DNA of 64,000 bases, taken from an uncultured delta proteobacterium. Its GTDB lineage: Bacteria > Myxococcota > Myxococcia > Myxococcales > Anaeromyxobacteraceae. The notes beneath the pieces are model-generated. The model had not been told where the DNA came from. It ran no database searches and saw nothing but the letters and a program-made list of their open reading frames with translations. Location: assembly GCA_963828255.1 (NCBI GenBank), contig CAWHDZ010000040.1, forward strand, positions 1 through 64,000, given 5' to 3'. The position numbers and the translations under genes are program-made. Of this stretch, positions 48,064-60,562 are shown one piece after another; position 1 is the first letter of the stretch, and every line of letters starts with the position of its first letter.

Positions 48064-49362
48064 ATGTTCCGACTGTTGTTCGCCGATGACAAAGGGGTCG
48101 TCTACGACCACCCCGACCTCCTCGCCGCCGCCCGGACGGGGGGCGACGTCGTCCGCCCGTCCGGCCGACCGTTGCCCCTCCCAGAGGGGGGGGCGCTCTG
48201 CGTCCTGCCCGGAAGGCGACCGGTCGGTCTCGATCCGGAGACCGGGGAGCAGGTCGTCCTCCGGAAGGTGACGGTGGCACGCCGCACCTTCGCTCCGGTG
48301 GCGGTGGGGGCGACGCTTCCGCCGGGATACACCCGGACCCTGCTGCCAGCCGCCGCCCGGCCGCCGCTCGGGACGGCCGGGGCGCCGATCCTGCCGCAGT
48401 GGGCCTACACCGCCGCCGCCCTGGGGCCCGACGGGCCGGTGGCCTGGGCGCTCCACACCGACCGCCGGCGCCACTGGGATCCGGCCACCCATTCCACCCC
48501 GGACCTGCCGACCCTGGTCGAGGAACGGCTCTCCCGCGCCGACAACCCGGTCTACCGGCAACTGGCCCGCTGCGCGCTCCAGTGGTCCTGCTTCACCGCG
48601 CAGAACACCTTCTACGGGAGGGACGAGGGGGCCATCCCGGCCTCCTCGGCCTGCAATGCCCGCTGCGTCGGCTGCCTCTCCGAGACCGCGGAGGGGATGC
48701 CCCCCTCCAGCCACGACCGGATCCTCCGCGCTCCCTCCGCCGAGGAGATGGCCGAGGTCGGCGCCACGCACCTCGAGACCGCCACGGGCCGGACCATGGT
48801 GAGCTTCGGCCAGGGGTGCGAGGGGGAGCCGCTGCTCCGCTGGAAGGAGATCGCCCGGGCCATCCGGCTGGTCCGGGAGCGGACCGCGCGCGGCTCCATC
48901 AACGTGAACACCAACGGTTCCTTGCCCGCCGCGGTGGCGGCCCTCGCCGACGCGGGGCTCGACGCCGTCCGGGTCTCGATCAACACCGCGTCGCCGGATC
49001 TCTACGAGGCCTACTACCGCCCGTCGGGCTACGGGCTCGCCGACGTGGAGCGGTCGATGAAGGTGGCGAAGGGGAAAGGGCTCTACCTGGCCCTGAACCT
49101 GCTCCTCTTCCCGGGAGTCACCGACCGTGAGGCGGAGGTGGAGCGCCTCTGCGCCCTGGTGCGCCGGGTGAGGGCCGACCAGGTCCAGGCACGGTCGCTC
49201 GCCATGGACCCCGACGTCTACTGGGAGATCGCCCGGGAGCGCGGGGGGGGCGGCGCGGCGCTTGGGATCCCGGCTCTTCTACGGGCGCTCCGCGAGGCGC
49301 GCCCGGGGCTCGTCATCGGCAATTTCGCCCGGGGACGCTCGGAGCGGGGGAGGGCGGCGTGA
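48064..49362 (+). CDS. Radical SAM protein of unknown function
   Basis: [23 protein letters not shown]. Confidence 0.85.
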   Translation: MFRLLFADDKGVVYDHPDLLAAARTGGDVVRPSGRPLPLPEGGALCVLPGRRPVGLDPETGEQVVLRKVTVARRTFAPVAVGATLPPGYTRTLLPAAARPPLGTAGAPILPQWAYTAAALGPDGPVAWALHTDRRRHWDPATHSTPDLPTLVEERLSRADNPVYRQLARCALQWSCFTAQNTFYGRDEGAIPASSACNARCVGCLSETAEGMPPSSHDRILRAPSAEEMAEVGATHLETATGRTMVSFGQGCEGEPLLRWKEIARAIRLVRERTARGSINVNTNGSLPAAVAALADAGLDAVRVSINTASPDLYEAYYRPSGYGLADVERSMKVAKGKGLYLALNLLLFPGVTDREAEVERLCALVRRVRADQVQARSLAMDPDVYWEIARERGGGGAALGIPALLRALREARPGLVIGNFARGRSERGRAA

Positions 49363-50561
49363 GCGAGGTCGAGGCGACGCTGGAGCTGCAGAAGGACCTG
49401 GTGCGCCACCTGCGCGCCGGCCACCCCTGGGTCTTCCGCAAGGCCATCGAGCGGGCGCCCCGGGGGCTCGATGCCGGAGCCATCGTCGACGTGGTGGAGG
49501 GCGGGCGGTTCGTGGCCCGCGGCTACCTCGACCCGCACTCGGCCATCACCGTGCGCATCCTCACCCGCGAGCCGGCCGAGCAGGTGGACCCTGCGTTCTG
49601 GCGCGGGCGCATCCGCCGCGCGCTGGCGCTGCGCAGCGAGCTGGTTCGCGGCACCACCGGCTACCGGCTGGTCCACGGCGAGAACGACGGCCTCCCCGGC
49701 GTGGTGGCCGACCGCTACGGCGACTTCGTGGTGCTGAAGCTCTACTCGGCCGGTCTCACCCCGCACCGCGGGGACATCGTGGAGGCCCTCCGCCAGGAGG
49801 TGCAGGGGATCGCGGGCGTCTTCGGGCGCGACGAGGTGCCCCGGGACGAGGATTCGGACGACGCGAAGCCGCAGGGGCGGGTCCTCTGGGGCGCCACGCC
49901 CCCTGACCGGATCGAGATCGACGAGCACGGGATGAAGCTCCTCGTGGACGTCCGGCTCGGGCAGAAGACCGGCCTCTTCCTCGATCAGCGGGAGAACCGG
50001 AGGCTCGTGCGGGAGATGTCGGCGGGGCGCGGCGACGCGCTCAACCTCTTCGGCTACACCGGCGGCTTCTCGGTGGCCGCGGCGCTCGGGGGAGCCAGGC
50101 ACGTGGTCACCATCGACGTGGACAAGGACGCCATCTCGCTCGCCCGGGAGAACTTCCGCGTGAACGGCCTCGACCCGGCCGACCACGCCTTCGCCTCGGA
50201 GGACGCCTTCGAGATCCTGCGCCGCTACAAGGACCAGGGGCGGAGGTTCGACCTCGTGGTGTGCGACCCGCCGGCCTTCGCCAAGTCGCAGAAGGCGGTC
50301 GAGGGGGCCATCGCGGGCTACGCCTCGCTGAACCGCGCAGCCCTGCACGTGCTGGCGCCCGGGGGGCTGCTCGTCACCGCGAGTTGCAGCGCGCGGGTCT
50401 CGCCCGAGCAGTTCCACGATGCCGTGAAGGAGGCCGCCTTCAAGTCGCGGATCGATCTCCAGATGGTCGAGGACCGGCGCCAGCCTCCCGATCACCCGGT
50501 GGCGCCCCAGTTCCGCGAGGGGCGCTACCTCAAGTGCTCCTTCTACCGGCGCCCCTCCTAG
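49359..50561 (+). CDS. RlmI-family SAM-dependent rRNA methyltransferase
   Basis: PUA-like GHPWVF, GENDGLPG, GQKTGLFLDQRENR, FGYTGGFS, DPPAF, SCS. Confidence 0.88.
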   Translation: MSEVEATLELQKDLVRHLRAGHPWVFRKAIERAPRGLDAGAIVDVVEGGRFVARGYLDPHSAITVRILTREPAEQVDPAFWRGRIRRALALRSELVRGTTGYRLVHGENDGLPGVVADRYGDFVVLKLYSAGLTPHRGDIVEALRQEVQGIAGVFGRDEVPRDEDSDDAKPQGRVLWGATPPDRIEIDEHGMKLLVDVRLGQKTGLFLDQRENRRLVREMSAGRGDALNLFGYTGGFSVAAALGGARHVVTIDVDKDAISLARENFRVNGLDPADHAFASEDAFEILRRYKDQGRRFDLVVCDPPAFAKSQKAVEGAIAGYASLNRAALHVLAPGGLLVTASCSARVSPEQFHDAVKEAAFKSRIDLQMVEDRRQPPDHPVAPQFREGRYLKCSFYRRPS

Positions 50562-50573
50562 CGCTCCCGCAGA

Positions 50574-51101
50574 ATGGTCCAGCCCGGACAGTACCTGGAG
50601 CGCCCCGCCCTGATCGACGCGGGCGGCGTCACGCTCGAGGGGCTCTTCCACCGGGGTGACCGACCGCCGGCGCTCCTGCTCTGCCCGCCGCTCGACGCCG
50701 AGGGGATGGACGCCCCGCTGCTCGCCGAGGTGGCCTGGGCGGGCGCCCGATCGGGGCACGCGTCGCTGCGCTTCCAGCACCGCGGGCGCGGAGCGTCGCA
50801 GGGCGCCGTCGATCCTGCCGTCGCCGTGGACGACGCGCTTTCCGCCCTGGCCCACCTCCGCGAGACGGCGGGGCCTCTCGCCGGCGTGCTGGGGCTGCGC
50901 GGGGGGTGCGCGACGGCGATGGAGGTGGCGCGCCGCGCCGGGCTTCGACGCGCGGTCCTGGTCGGGCCGGACGGTGGCGCACCGGCGGCCGGAAGCGTGG
51001 AGACCCTCGTGATCCTCCCCGGTGAGAGGGATCCCTCCTTCCAGGAGGGGCTCTCCCGCGCGGCCCGGGACGCGGTGGCCTGGCTCTCCCGCCGGGGGTG
51101 A
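50574..51101 (+). CDS. Degenerate alpha/beta-hydrolase-fold protein
   Basis: LLCPP...GMD, LRFQHRGRGASQG; nucleophile elbow reads GLRGG. Confidence 0.65.
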   Translation: MVQPGQYLERPALIDAGGVTLEGLFHRGDRPPALLLCPPLDAEGMDAPLLAEVAWAGARSGHASLRFQHRGRGASQGAVDPAVAVDDALSALAHLRETAGPLAGVLGLRGGCATAMEVARRAGLRRAVLVGPDGGAPAAGSVETLVILPGERDPSFQEGLSRAARDAVAWLSRRG

Positions 51102-51119
51102 CACCCCCGCGACAGCCGG

Positions 51120-52084
51120 TCAGCGGCGGAAGCCGTGGAGGAGGCCGAGCGCGGAGAAGAGCAGGAGCCCGAGCGCGGCCAGCGCCCTCCACCCGGGCGA
51201 AACGAGCGGGAGCCGGAAGCGGATCGACGGGTCGCGGGGATCGGTCCGGACCAGGTCCGCCGAGGCCTCGGGCGGCGCCGGGGTGGCGCGGATCCAGGCC
51301 GTCGCCAGGGGCGAGAGCACCGCGATCCCGATCGCCATCGCGGCCAGCCCCGCCGCCACCGAGCCCCCCGCCTCCGGGTCGCCGCCGGCCAGCGAGGCCA
51401 CCAGCGAGCCCAGCCCGTTGTTCACCGCGTGTGCGGCCACGGCCGGCCAGATCGACCCGGACCTCCAGGCCAGCCATCCCAGGAACACCCCCAGGAAGAG
51501 GACGGCGGGGAAGCGCACCGGGTCGAGGTGGATGGCGGCGAAGAGCAACGCCGACGCCGCGATCGCCACGCCGGGCGGGAAGCGGGTCCGCAGCGCCGAG
51601 AGCAGGTAGCCTCGGAAGGCGATCTCCTCGGCGAGGGGGGCGAGCACCGCGGCCACGAGCGCCATGCCCAGCTGGTGGCGCCGCGAGCCCTCGAAGAGCC
51701 GGGTCACGTCGAAGGTGTCCACCCAGGCGCGCGGGACGAGCGCCGAGGTGACCGACATGATCCCCGCGGCCACGAAGAAGAGCGCCAGTCCGCAGGCGGC
51801 GCCGAGGAGCACCTGCCGCCGGGGCGGACGCCGCGTGAGCAGGAGGAACGGGCCGGGCCGGAGGTTGGAGCCCGCCGCCAGGAGCGCCGGGGGGAGGAGG
51901 AAGACGAAGATCTCCGTCCAGAGCAGGCCGAGGAGGGGGTGGAAGGACTGGGCCGTCCCCCCAAGCCCCATGTAGAGCAGCAGGAGGAGCAGGAAGAACG
52001 AAAGCCCGCTCTTCCCCCCGGAGAGAGGGGTGGCGCCTCGGGGGGCGCGAGTTCGTTGTGGCCGATGTCCACGTTCCGGAACAT
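51120..52084 (-). CDS. CPBP (Abi/CAAX) intramembrane metalloprotease with an apparent 5' frameshift
   Basis: EEIAFRG, FAAIH, HAVNN; intact ORF 51120-51971; an upstream hydrophobic segment is in frame but the start codons are in another frame. Confidence 0.75.
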
Positions 52085-52102
52085 GATAGTGAACGAATCG
52101 AG

Positions 52103-53323
52103 ATGGGCACCTTTCGCGACCGTACCGTGATCCTCGGAGTGGGCGGCGGCATCGCCGCCTACAAGTCCTGCGAGGTGGTCCGCCTCCTCGTGAAGGGCGG
52201 CGCGGACGTCCGCGTGGTCATGACGCCCAACTCCACCCGCTTCGTCGGCCCGCTCACCTTCCAGGCGCTGTCCGGCCACCCGGTGCTGGTGGACCTGCTC
52301 GACCCCGCCTCCGAGGCGTCCTACGGACACCTGGAGCTGGCCCGGCGCGCCGACCTCCTCCTCGTGGCGCCCGCCACGGCAGATCTCATCGGGCGGCTGC
52401 GCGCCGGGATGGGCGACGACGCCGTCACCACGACGGCGCTCGCCTGCACCTGCCCGGTCCTGCTCGCCCCGGCCATGAACACCCGGATGTGGGAAGGGTC
52501 GGCGGTACAGGAGAACCTCGCCGCCCTGCGCGCCCGGGGCTTCCACGTGGTGGGCCCTTCGAGCGGCGAACTCGCCGACGGGGACGTGGGGGAGGGACGG
52601 CTCGCCGACCCGCCCGAGATCGCCGCCGCCGCCGCGCGCATCCTCGGGCCGCGAGACCTCGAAGGTCGGCGCGTCCTCGTCACCGCCGGTCCCACCCGGG
52701 AACCTCTCGACCCGGTGCGCCACATCTCCAACCCGTCCACCGGGAGGATGGGCTTCGAGGTGGCCCGGGCAGCCGCACGCCGGGGCGCACAGGTGATCCT
52801 CGTGTCCGGTCCCACCTCGCTGCGCGACCCCGACGGCGTCCGCGTCGTCCGGGTCGGAACGGCCGAGGAGATGGCGGCCGCCGTCCTGGGTGCGGCCGAG
52901 GAGCAGGACCTCTTCGTCGCCGCCGCGGCGGTCTCCGACTACCGCCCCCGGGACCCGTCCCCGTCGAAGAGGAAGAAGGCCGACGGCGGGGAGACGCTGG
53001 TGCTCGAGCGGACCCGCGACATCCTGGCCACGCTGGGGGAGCGGCTGGCAGGCCGGGCGCGCTCGCCCGTGCTGGTGGGGTTCGCCGCCGAGACCGAGGA
53101 CGTGGTCCAGAACGCCCGGGAGAAGCTGCGCCGGAAGCGCTGCGACCTGGTGGTGGCGAACGACGTCGGCGAGCCGGGCGCCGGGTTCGGTGGGGAACGC
53201 AACCGGGTCTCCATCGTCGGTCCGTCCCAGGTCGAGGAGGTGGAGGGCACGAAGGGCGCCGTCGCCGACGCCATCCTCGACCGCGTGGTCCCGCTCCTCG
53301 ACGCGCGCCGTCCTCGGCCATGA
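52103..53323 (+). CDS. coaBC: Phosphopantothenoylcysteine decarboxylase/ligase
   Basis: [43 protein letters not shown]. Confidence 0.94.
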   Translation: MGTFRDRTVILGVGGGIAAYKSCEVVRLLVKGGADVRVVMTPNSTRFVGPLTFQALSGHPVLVDLLDPASEASYGHLELARRADLLLVAPATADLIGRLRAGMGDDAVTTTALACTCPVLLAPAMNTRMWEGSAVQENLAALRARGFHVVGPSSGELADGDVGEGRLADPPEIAAAAARILGPRDLEGRRVLVTAGPTREPLDPVRHISNPSTGRMGFEVARAAARRGAQVILVSGPTSLRDPDGVRVVRVGTAEEMAAAVLGAAEEQDLFVAAAAVSDYRPRDPSPSKRKKADGGETLVLERTRDILATLGERLAGRARSPVLVGFAAETEDVVQNAREKLRRKRCDLVVANDVGEPGAGFGGERNRVSIVGPSQVEEVEGTKGAVADAILDRVVPLLDARRPRP

Positions 53324-54084
53324 GCGGCGACTCCAAGATCCCCGCGGAGGCGGCCGCGCTGGCCACCGAGGCGGTGCGCCACCTCTGGTGGCTGCGCGAC
53401 GCCGGGGTCCGCGAGGTCCCGCTCGCCGGCTCGCCTCGCCTGGCCGGGGCGGTGGTCGTCGAGGCGGCGAAGGCGGCGCCGTCGCCCCCCACACTCTCCG
53501 AGAAGGGCTGCGGCAGCGAGTCGCTCCTCGCCATCCGCGCCGGCCTGGGCGACTGCACGCGGTGCAGGCTGCACGGCGGGCGGACCCGGCTGGTCTTCGG
53601 CGTCGGCAATCCGTCCGCCCAGCTCATGTTCGTCGGCGAGGGGCCGGGCGCGGACGAGGACCTCCAGGGGGAGCCCTTCGTGGGGCGGGCCGGACAGCTG
53701 CTCACGAAGATGATCGAGGCCATGGGCTTCGCCCGGTCCGAGGTCTACATCGCCAACGTGGTGAAGTGCCGCCCGCCCGGGAACCGCGACCCGGAGCCGG
53801 ACGAGATCGCCGCCTGCGAGCCCTTCCTCAAGGCCCAGATCGCGGCCGTCCGACCGCGCGTCGTCGTGGCGCTGGGTCGCTTCGCCGTCCAGACGCTGCT
53901 GCGGGACGCCACGCCCATCGGCAAGCAGCGCGGCCGCTGGCGAGAGTACGAGGGGGTTCGACTCATGCCCACGTTCCACCCCGCCTACCTGCTGCGCAAC
54001 CCGGCCGAGAAGAAGCCGGCCTGGGAGGATCTCCAGCTCGTCATGAGGGAGTTCGGCAAGGCGGCGCCGGGGAGGGAATCGTGA
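53320..54084 (+). CDS. Uracil-DNA glycosylase family 4 (Fe-S)
   Basis: [30 protein letters not shown]. Confidence 0.92.
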   Translation: MSGDSKIPAEAAALATEAVRHLWWLRDAGVREVPLAGSPRLAGAVVVEAAKAAPSPPTLSEKGCGSESLLAIRAGLGDCTRCRLHGGRTRLVFGVGNPSAQLMFVGEGPGADEDLQGEPFVGRAGQLLTKMIEAMGFARSEVYIANVVKCRPPGNRDPEPDEIAACEPFLKAQIAAVRPRVVVALGRFAVQTLLRDATPIGKQRGRWREYEGVRLMPTFHPAYLLRNPAEKKPAWEDLQLVMREFGKAAPGRES

Positions 54085-55451
54085 CCGGCCCGGGGCGCGC
54101 CCCGCGGATGGCGCTCGCCGCGGTCCTGGCCGCGGCGGCGGTCCTCTCCCTGCGGACCGGCGAGGCCGCCGAGCCCGCGCGCCCCCGCGTCCTCCTGCTC
54201 GACGTGAAGGCCCCCATCACCACCGGCACCGCCGAGTACGTCGAGGCCGGGCTGGCCCGCGCCAAGCTGGAGGGCTACGCCGCAGTGGCCATCGTGCTCG
54301 ACACGCCGGGAGGACACCTCGAGGCCACCCGCGACATCGTCCAGCGCATGCTGGCGAGCGACATCCCGACCATCGTCTGGGTCGGGCCGGCCGGCGCCCG
54401 GGCCGGGTCGGCCGGGGTCTTCATCACGCTGGCGGCCGACGTGGCCGCCATGCACCCCACCTCGGTCATCGGCGCCGCCCACCCGGTCCTGGGAGGGGGC
54501 GAGGACGTCGAGAAGCAGGCCGGAAAGGAGATGGCGCGCAAGATCGAGAACGACACCGCCGCGCTGGCGCGGAGCATCGCCACCACCCGCGGCCGCAACG
54601 CCGACTGGGCCGAGAAGGCGGTGCGGGAGAGCGTCTCGGCCACCGCCGAGGAGGCGCTCTCGCTCCGGGTCGTGGACGTCGTCGCCCCCGACATGGCCGC
54701 CGCGCTGGCCTTCGCCGAGGGGAGGAGCTACGCGCGCGCCGGAACCGCCCACGTCCTCCGCGCCCGCGACGCCCAGCTGGACCGCGGCGAGATGACCGTC
54801 CGGCAGCGGACGCTGGCCTTCCTCTCCGATCCCAACGTCATCGCCATCCTCATGATGCTGGGCTCGCTGGGGATCGCGCTCGAGTTCTACCACCCGGGGG
54901 GCATCGTCCCGGGCGCGCTGGGAGCCTTCTTCCTGCTGCTCGCCTTCCTCTCCATGAAGATCATCCCGGTCAACGTGGGCGCGGTCCTGCTCATCGTGGC
55001 CGGCGTCGCGCTGCTGGTGGTGGAAGGCTACGTGACCACCCACGGGATCGCCGGCATCGCCGGAGCCGCGCTGCTCGGGATCGGGACCCTCTTCTTCATC
55101 GACCGGAGCTCCGCGGAGTACCGGTTCGACCCCGCGCTCCTCACCCTTTCACCCTGGGTGATCTGGCCGACGCCGCTGGCGCTCGCCGCCGTCCTGGGAT
55201 TCATGGGCTGGAAGGTGGCCCGGACCCGCACCGAGAGGCTCCGGCTGGGCGCTCCCGGCATGATCGGCGAGGTCGGCGAGGCCGTGAGCGACGTCGGCCC
55301 CGGCGCCGGGGAGGCCTTCGTCCACGGCGAGCTGTGGGCGGCGCGGTCCACCCATCCCATCGCCCGGGGAACGGCCGTCCGGGTCCGCGACGTGCAGGGC
55401 CTGGTGCTCCACGTCGAGGCTGCTCCCGGCCGCCACGGTGTATTACCCTGA
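54081..55451 (+). CDS. nfeD: NfeD membrane-bound serine protease
   Basis: [22 protein letters not shown] region, C-terminal GELW OB fold. Confidence 0.88.
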   Translation: MTGPGRAPRMALAAVLAAAAVLSLRTGEAAEPARPRVLLLDVKAPITTGTAEYVEAGLARAKLEGYAAVAIVLDTPGGHLEATRDIVQRMLASDIPTIVWVGPAGARAGSAGVFITLAADVAAMHPTSVIGAAHPVLGGGEDVEKQAGKEMARKIENDTAALARSIATTRGRNADWAEKAVRESVSATAEEALSLRVVDVVAPDMAAALAFAEGRSYARAGTAHVLRARDAQLDRGEMTVRQRTLAFLSDPNVIAILMMLGSLGIALEFYHPGGIVPGALGAFFLLLAFLSMKIIPVNVGAVLLIVAGVALLVVEGYVTTHGIAGIAGAALLGIGTLFFIDRSSAEYRFDPALLTLSPWVIWPTPLALAAVLGFMGWKVARTRTERLRLGAPGMIGEVGEAVSDVGPGAGEAFVHGELWAARSTHPIARGTAVRVRDVQGLVLHVEAAPGRHGVLP

Positions 55452-55487
55452 GTGAAGTCCGGGCCCCGCCCGGAGAGGAGATCGCGC

Positions 55488-56240
55488 ATGCCCGCCCTTG
55501 GATTGCTCATCCCCATCGCGCTCGTGGCCGGCTGGCTGGCCATGGGCCTGCGCATCATCAACGAGTACGAGCAGGGGGTGGTGCTGCGGCTCGGCCGCTT
55601 CGTGGGGGTCCGCACCGCCGGCCTCAAGTGGATCATCCCCTTCATCGACCGCATGATCATCATCGACATGCGGGTCACCGCCGAGCAGGTGCCGCCCCAG
55701 GACGTCATCACCCGCGACAACGTCTCGGTGAAGGTGAACGCGGTGATCTACTTCCGCGTGGTCGAGGCCTCGAGGGCCTTCCTCCAGGTCACCGACTTCC
55801 TCTTCGCCACCAGCCAGTTCGCCCAGACCACGCTGCGCTCGGTGCTGGGCCAGGTGGAACTCGACGAGCTGCTCTCGCAGCGCGACAAGATCAACCGCCA
55901 GCTCCAGGAGATCATCGACCGCCACACCGAGCCCTGGGGCGTGAAGGTCAGCGCCGTCGAGGTGAAGCAGATCGACCTGCCCGAGGAGATGCGCCGCTCC
56001 ATGGCCGGCCAGGCCGAGGCGGAGCGCGAGCGGCGCGCCAAGGTCATCAACGCCGAGGGCGAGCTCCAGGCGGCCACCAAGCTCGGGGAGGCGGCCGACA
56101 TCATCTCCCGCTCCCCGGGGGCGCTGCAGCTCCGCTACCTCCAGACACTCGTGGAGATCTCCTCCGACAAGGGGACGAACGTGGTCTTCCCGCTCCCGCT
56201 CGACCTCATCCGGCCCTTCCTGGAGTCGAAGCAGAAGTAG
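55488..56240 (+). CDS. SPFH/band 7 (slipin) protein
   Basis: [44 protein letters not shown]. Confidence 0.92.
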   Translation: MPALGLLIPIALVAGWLAMGLRIINEYEQGVVLRLGRFVGVRTAGLKWIIPFIDRMIIIDMRVTAEQVPPQDVITRDNVSVKVNAVIYFRVVEASRAFLQVTDFLFATSQFAQTTLRSVLGQVELDELLSQRDKINRQLQEIIDRHTEPWGVKVSAVEVKQIDLPEEMRRSMAGQAEAERERRAKVINAEGELQAATKLGEAADIISRSPGALQLRYLQTLVEISSDKGTNVVFPLPLDLIRPFLESKQK

Positions 56241-56284
56241 CCATCGGCGAAATAGGGGGCGAGGACGGGCGTAGGAGGAGCACC

Positions 56285-56980
56285 ATGCCCCGCCCGTCCC
56301 TCGTCGCCATCCTCGTCGCCGCCGCAGCCCTCCCCGTGCTGGCCCTCGCCGGGCCGGTCGCCACCCCGGTCCCGGTGAGCGGGACCTTCGACCGGGTCGC
56401 CTCCCGGGGAGACTTCGACGTCGAGGTCCGGGAGGGAAGCCCGGCGTCGGTCGAGATCGTCTCGGAGCCCGGGTGGGCGGAGCGGATCCAGGTCGATGTC
56501 TCCGGGGCCGAGCTGCGCCTCTCGCGTCGGAAGACCTTCGACTCGGCCGAGGGCGTGGTCGTGAAGGTGGTGATCCCCAGGTTCCGCGCCCTCTCGGTGA
56601 GCGGAAGCGGGAAGGGAACGGCCGAGTCGGGGGGCTCGCCCCGGGAGGTGGCGCTCGCGGTGAGCGGTTCGGGGGAGCTGGCCTGGAAGGGCGCTGGCGC
56701 GGCCCTCGACGTCCAGGTGTCAGGCTCCGGAGAGGTGACGCTCGCCGGCGGTGCGGAGAGCCTGAAGGTGGCGCTCTCCGGATCTGGAGAGGTCGATGCG
56801 AAGGACTGCGCGGTGAAGGACGCCACGGTCGCCATCGCCGGATCGGGCGACGTCGATCTCCGCCTGGCCGGGGGAACGCTGGACGCCCAGATCGCCGGCT
56901 CGGGCGACGTGACGTGGACGGGCGAGGGGAAGCTCGGCGCGGTGTCGATCGCCGGATCCGGGAAGGTCCGGAAGCGCTAG
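56285..56980 (+). CDS. DUF2807 / GIN-domain beta-helix exported protein
   Basis: Signal peptide; repeated (V/I)(S/A)GSG(D/E)V units. Confidence 0.82.
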   Translation: MPRPSLVAILVAAAALPVLALAGPVATPVPVSGTFDRVASRGDFDVEVREGSPASVEIVSEPGWAERIQVDVSGAELRLSRRKTFDSAEGVVVKVVIPRFRALSVSGSGKGTAESGGSPREVALAVSGSGELAWKGAGAALDVQVSGSGEVTLAGGAESLKVALSGSGEVDAKDCAVKDATVAIAGSGDVDLRLAGGTLDAQIAGSGDVTWTGEGKLGAVSIAGSGKVRKR

Positions 56981-57888
56981 GTCAGCCCGGTCCGGATCGT
57001 CCCCGCGGGGTCGGACCAGGCCCTGGCCATGGCCGGGGTGTTGAATGCGAATCCAGGCTCCCCGGAGGGTCCCACCACGATGACGCCGCCCAGCCCGCCG
57101 ACGCGCTCGCCCAGGATCCGGATGCCCTCGGATGCGGCGGCCGGGGCGCTGCGCCCCGCGCCCACCAGGTCGGCGACGAGCCGGGCCAGGGTGACCCGGA
57201 TGATGGGCTCGCCGTGCCCGGTGGCGGAGACGGCGGCGAGCAGGTCGTCGGCGTAGGTCCCGGCGCCGATGATGGGCGAGTCGCCCACGCGGCCGGGGCG
57301 CTTCAGGAAGGTGCCGCCGGTGGAGGTCGCCGCGGCGACGTGCCCGGCCCTGTCGCGGGCCACCGCCCCGATGGTGCCGCCGCCCACGTGGATGGGCGTC
57401 ACGCCCCGTGCGGCGTCGAAGCGGGCGCGCTGCTGGGGGATGACGAGCCGCTCGTTCGGCCAGGCCGGGATTCCCATCTCGCGGGCGAACCCCGACGCGC
57501 CCTCTCCCATGAGCAGCAGGTGGCCCGAGCGCTCCAGGACCGCGCGTGCGAGGAGGATGGGGTTCTTCACGTCCTTCACGCAGGCCACCGCGCCGGCGGA
57601 CAGGGTGGGGCCGTACATGAGCGAAGCATCCAGCTCGACGTCGCCCGAGGCGGTGAGCGTGGCCCCGGTCCCGGCGTTGAAGGTGGGGTCGTCCTCGAGG
57701 AGGGAGGCCGCGAGCACCACCGCGTCGAGCGCGCTCCCGCCGCCGCGGAGGACCTCCCAGGCGGCAGCAGCGGCCCGCCCAACGCCCTCCTGGCGAGGCG
57801 CCTCCGGGCCCAGGCCCGAGGTCCCCGAGTCGTCGAGGGCGCCGGCGCCGCCGTGGACGGCGATGGCAGGAAGGGAAGGCGTGCCCAT
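56977..57888 (-). CDS. iaaA: Isoaspartyl peptidase / L-asparaginase (Ntn hydrolase)
   Basis: HGGAG, FNAG, ELDAS, GTIGAVA, TSTGG, GRVGD, TGHGE. Confidence 0.9.
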   Translation of the reverse strand: MGTPSLPAIAVHGGAGALDDSGTSGLGPEAPRQEGVGRAAAAAWEVLRGGGSALDAVVLAASLLEDDPTFNAGTGATLTASGDVELDASLMYGPTLSAGAVACVKDVKNPILLARAVLERSGHLLLMGEGASGFAREMGIPAWPNERLVIPQQRARFDAARGVTPIHVGGGTIGAVARDRAGHVAAATSTGGTFLKRPGRVGDSPIIGAGTYADDLLAAVSATGHGEPIIRVTLARLVADLVGAGRSAPAAASEGIRILGERVGGLGGVIVVGPSGEPGFAFNTPAMARAWSDPAGTIRTGLT

Positions 57889-58008
57889 GGCCGCCGGAGC
57901 CTAACCCGACCGGGCAGGCGCGCAAGGCGCTTCTCGCCTTGACGGGTCCGCCCACCCGTTCCAATGTCTCGGACGCCCCGGTCAGGGGCCACATCCAGAG
58001 GGGAACAC

Positions 58009-59193
58009 ATGTCCGGACGCGAAGTGGTCATCGCAGGCGCGGCGCGCACACCCATCGGCTCGTTCCTCGGAAGCCTGGCGGCCGTCCCGGCCCCGCGGCT
58101 GGGCGCCGTCGCCATCCGCGCGGCCCTGCTGCGCGCCGGCGTGGATCCGGCGGCGGTGGACGAGGTGGTGATGGGGAACGTCCTGCAGGCCGGCGTGGGG
58201 CAGGCGCCGGCCCGGCAGGCGGCCCGCTTCGCCGGCATCCCCGACGGGACCCCGGCCTGGACGCTCAACAAGGTCTGCGGCTCCGGCCTGAAGTCGGTCA
58301 TCAGCGCGGCGCAGGCCATCGCGCTCGGCGATGCCGACGTGATGGTGGCGGGCGGCATGGAGTCGATGTCCAACGTGCCCTACTACGACACCAAGCAGCG
58401 CACCGGCTCCCGCATGGGCAACGTGACGCTCGTGGACGGCCTGGTCTTCGACGGCCTCACCGACGCCTACGACGGCGTCCACATGGGCATCTGCGCCGAG
58501 GCCACCGCCGAGAAGTTCGCCATCGGCCGGGCCGCGCAGGACGCCTTCGCCGTCGAGTCCACCCGGCGCGCCATCGAGGCCCAGAAGGGCGGCCGATTCT
58601 CGAAGGAGATCGCCCCGGTCGAGATCGAGGGCAAGAAGGGGGAGAAGACCGTCGTCGCCGAGGACGACGGGCCGAAGAACGCCCGCCCCGACAAGATCGG
58701 CACGCTGAAGCCGGTCTTCAAGAAGGACGGCACGGTCACCGCCGCCAACGCCTCGTCGATCAACGACGGCGCGGCCGCGGTGGTGCTGATGAGCGCCGAG
58801 CGGGCGAAGAGGGAGGGCCGTCCCGTCCTGGCCCGCCTGGTCGCCTGGGGAGGCGCCGCCCGCGCCCCGGTCGAGTTCACCATCGCCCCGGCCGATGCCA
58901 TCCAGAAGACCTTGAAGAGGGCCGGGCTCACCACGAAGGACATCGACCTCTGGGAGCTCAACGAGGCCTTCGCGGTGGTCTCGCTCGCCAACATGCAGCT
59001 TCTCTCCCTCGAGGGGAGCAACGTGGACGTGAACGGCGGCGCGGTCTGCCTGGGCCATCCCATCGGGGCGTCGGGCGCCCGCATCCTGGTGACCCTGCTC
59101 CACGCCATGGAGGAGCGGAAGGCGCGGCGCGGCCTGGCCAGCCTCTGCATCGGCGGCGGCGAGGCGGTGGCGCTGGTGGTGGAGCGCCCATGA
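58009..59193 (+). CDS. Acetyl-CoA C-acetyltransferase (thiolase)
   Basis: [24 protein letters not shown]. Confidence 0.94.
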   Translation: MSGREVVIAGAARTPIGSFLGSLAAVPAPRLGAVAIRAALLRAGVDPAAVDEVVMGNVLQAGVGQAPARQAARFAGIPDGTPAWTLNKVCGSGLKSVISAAQAIALGDADVMVAGGMESMSNVPYYDTKQRTGSRMGNVTLVDGLVFDGLTDAYDGVHMGICAEATAEKFAIGRAAQDAFAVESTRRAIEAQKGGRFSKEIAPVEIEGKKGEKTVVAEDDGPKNARPDKIGTLKPVFKKDGTVTAANASSINDGAAAVVLMSAERAKREGRPVLARLVAWGGAARAPVEFTIAPADAIQKTLKRAGLTTKDIDLWELNEAFAVVSLANMQLLSLEGSNVDVNGGAVCLGHPIGASGARILVTLLHAMEERKARRGLASLCIGGGEAVALVVERP

Positions 59194-59891
59194 ACAAGGT
59201 GGTCCAGAGCGCCGACGCGGCGGTGGCCGACGTCCCCGACGGCGCGACGTTGCTGGTCGGCGGGTTCGGCCTGTGCGGCAACCCCGAGAACCTCATCACC
59301 GCCCTGCACCGCAAGGGGGTGAAGGATCTGACCATCGTCTCCAACAACTGCGGCACCACCGAGGAGGGGCTGGGCGTCCTCCTCCAGTCCCGCCAGATCA
59401 AGAAGATGGTGTCGTCCTACGTGGGGGAGAACAAGGTCTTCGAGAAGCAGTACCTGTCCGGCGAGCTGGAGGTCGAGCTCGTCCCCCAGGGCACGCTGGC
59501 CGAGCGCATCCGCGCGGGCGGCGCCGGCATCGCCGGCTTCTACACCGCCACCGGCGTGGGCACGGTGGTGGCCGACGGCAAGGAGCTGCGCCGCTTCGGC
59601 GACCGCGACTACCTGCTCGAGCTGCCCATCCGCGCGGACTTCGCGCTGGTGCACGCCTGGAAGGCCGACACCTGGGGAAACCTGATCTTCCGGAAGACCG
59701 CGGCCAACTTCAACCCGATGATGTGCGCGGCGGCCAGGGTGTGCATCGTCGAGGCAGAGCACGTCGTCGAGGTCGGCCAGCTCGACCCCGGCCAGATCCA
59801 CGTCCCCTCCATCTACGTGAAGCGCATCGTGCAGGCCGTGGGCTTGAAGAAGCCCATCGAGCGGCGCACGGTCCGTCCCCGGGCGAGCTGA
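59190..59891 (+). CDS. scoA: 3-oxoacid CoA-transferase subunit A
   Basis: GGFGLCG, SNN, SYVGEN, PQGTLAE, NFNP. Confidence 0.9.
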   Translation: MNKVVQSADAAVADVPDGATLLVGGFGLCGNPENLITALHRKGVKDLTIVSNNCGTTEEGLGVLLQSRQIKKMVSSYVGENKVFEKQYLSGELEVELVPQGTLAERIRAGGAGIAGFYTATGVGTVVADGKELRRFGDRDYLLELPIRADFALVHAWKADTWGNLIFRKTAANFNPMMCAAARVCIVEAEHVVEVGQLDPGQIHVPSIYVKRIVQAVGLKKPIERRTVRPRAS

Positions 59892-59893
59892 CC

Positions 59894-60550
59894 ATGGCAC
59901 TCTCGAGAGAGCAGATCGCGAAGCGGGTGGCCCTGGAGCTGCGCGACGGCTTCTACGTGAACCTGGGCATCGGCATGCCCACGCTGGTCTCCAACTTCGT
60001 GCCGCCGGGAGTCGAGGTGGTGCTGCAGAGCGAGAACGGCATGCTGGGCATCGGCCCGTACCCGTTCGAGGGGCAGGAGGATCCCGACCTCATCAACGCC
60101 GGCAAGGAGACGGTGAGCGAGATCCCCGGCACCGCCTACTTCTCCTCGGTCGAGTCCTTCGCGATGATCCGCGGCGGGCACGTGGACCTGGCCATCCTGG
60201 GCGCGTTCGAGGTCTCCGAGAAGGGGGACCTGGCCAACTGGCTCGTGCCCGGCAAGATGGTGAAGGGCATGGGCGGCGGCATGGACCTGGTCGCCGGCGC
60301 CCGCCGCGTCATCGTGATGATGGAGCACGCCAGCAAGGACGGGAAGCCCAAGGTCCTGCGGCAGTGCTCGCTGCCCATCACCGGACGCGGCTGCGTCTCG
60401 GCGGTGTGCACCGACCTGGCCTGGATCGAGATCGGGCCCGGCGGCCTCCTGCTCCGCGAGCTCGCGCCGGGCGTCACCGTCGAGCAGGTGCAGGCCCTCA
60501 CCGAACCCCGCCTCCAGATTTCACCCGACGTGAAGACGATGCGGGTCTGA
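59894..60550 (+). CDS. scoB: 3-oxoacid CoA-transferase subunit B
   Basis: [20 protein letters not shown]. Confidence 0.9.
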   Translation: MALSREQIAKRVALELRDGFYVNLGIGMPTLVSNFVPPGVEVVLQSENGMLGIGPYPFEGQEDPDLINAGKETVSEIPGTAYFSSVESFAMIRGGHVDLAILGAFEVSEKGDLANWLVPGKMVKGMGGGMDLVAGARRVIVMMEHASKDGKPKVLRQCSLPITGRGCVSAVCTDLAWIEIGPGGLLLRELAPGVTVEQVQALTEPRLQISPDVKTMRV

Positions 60551-60562
60551 CCGGAGCGGACG

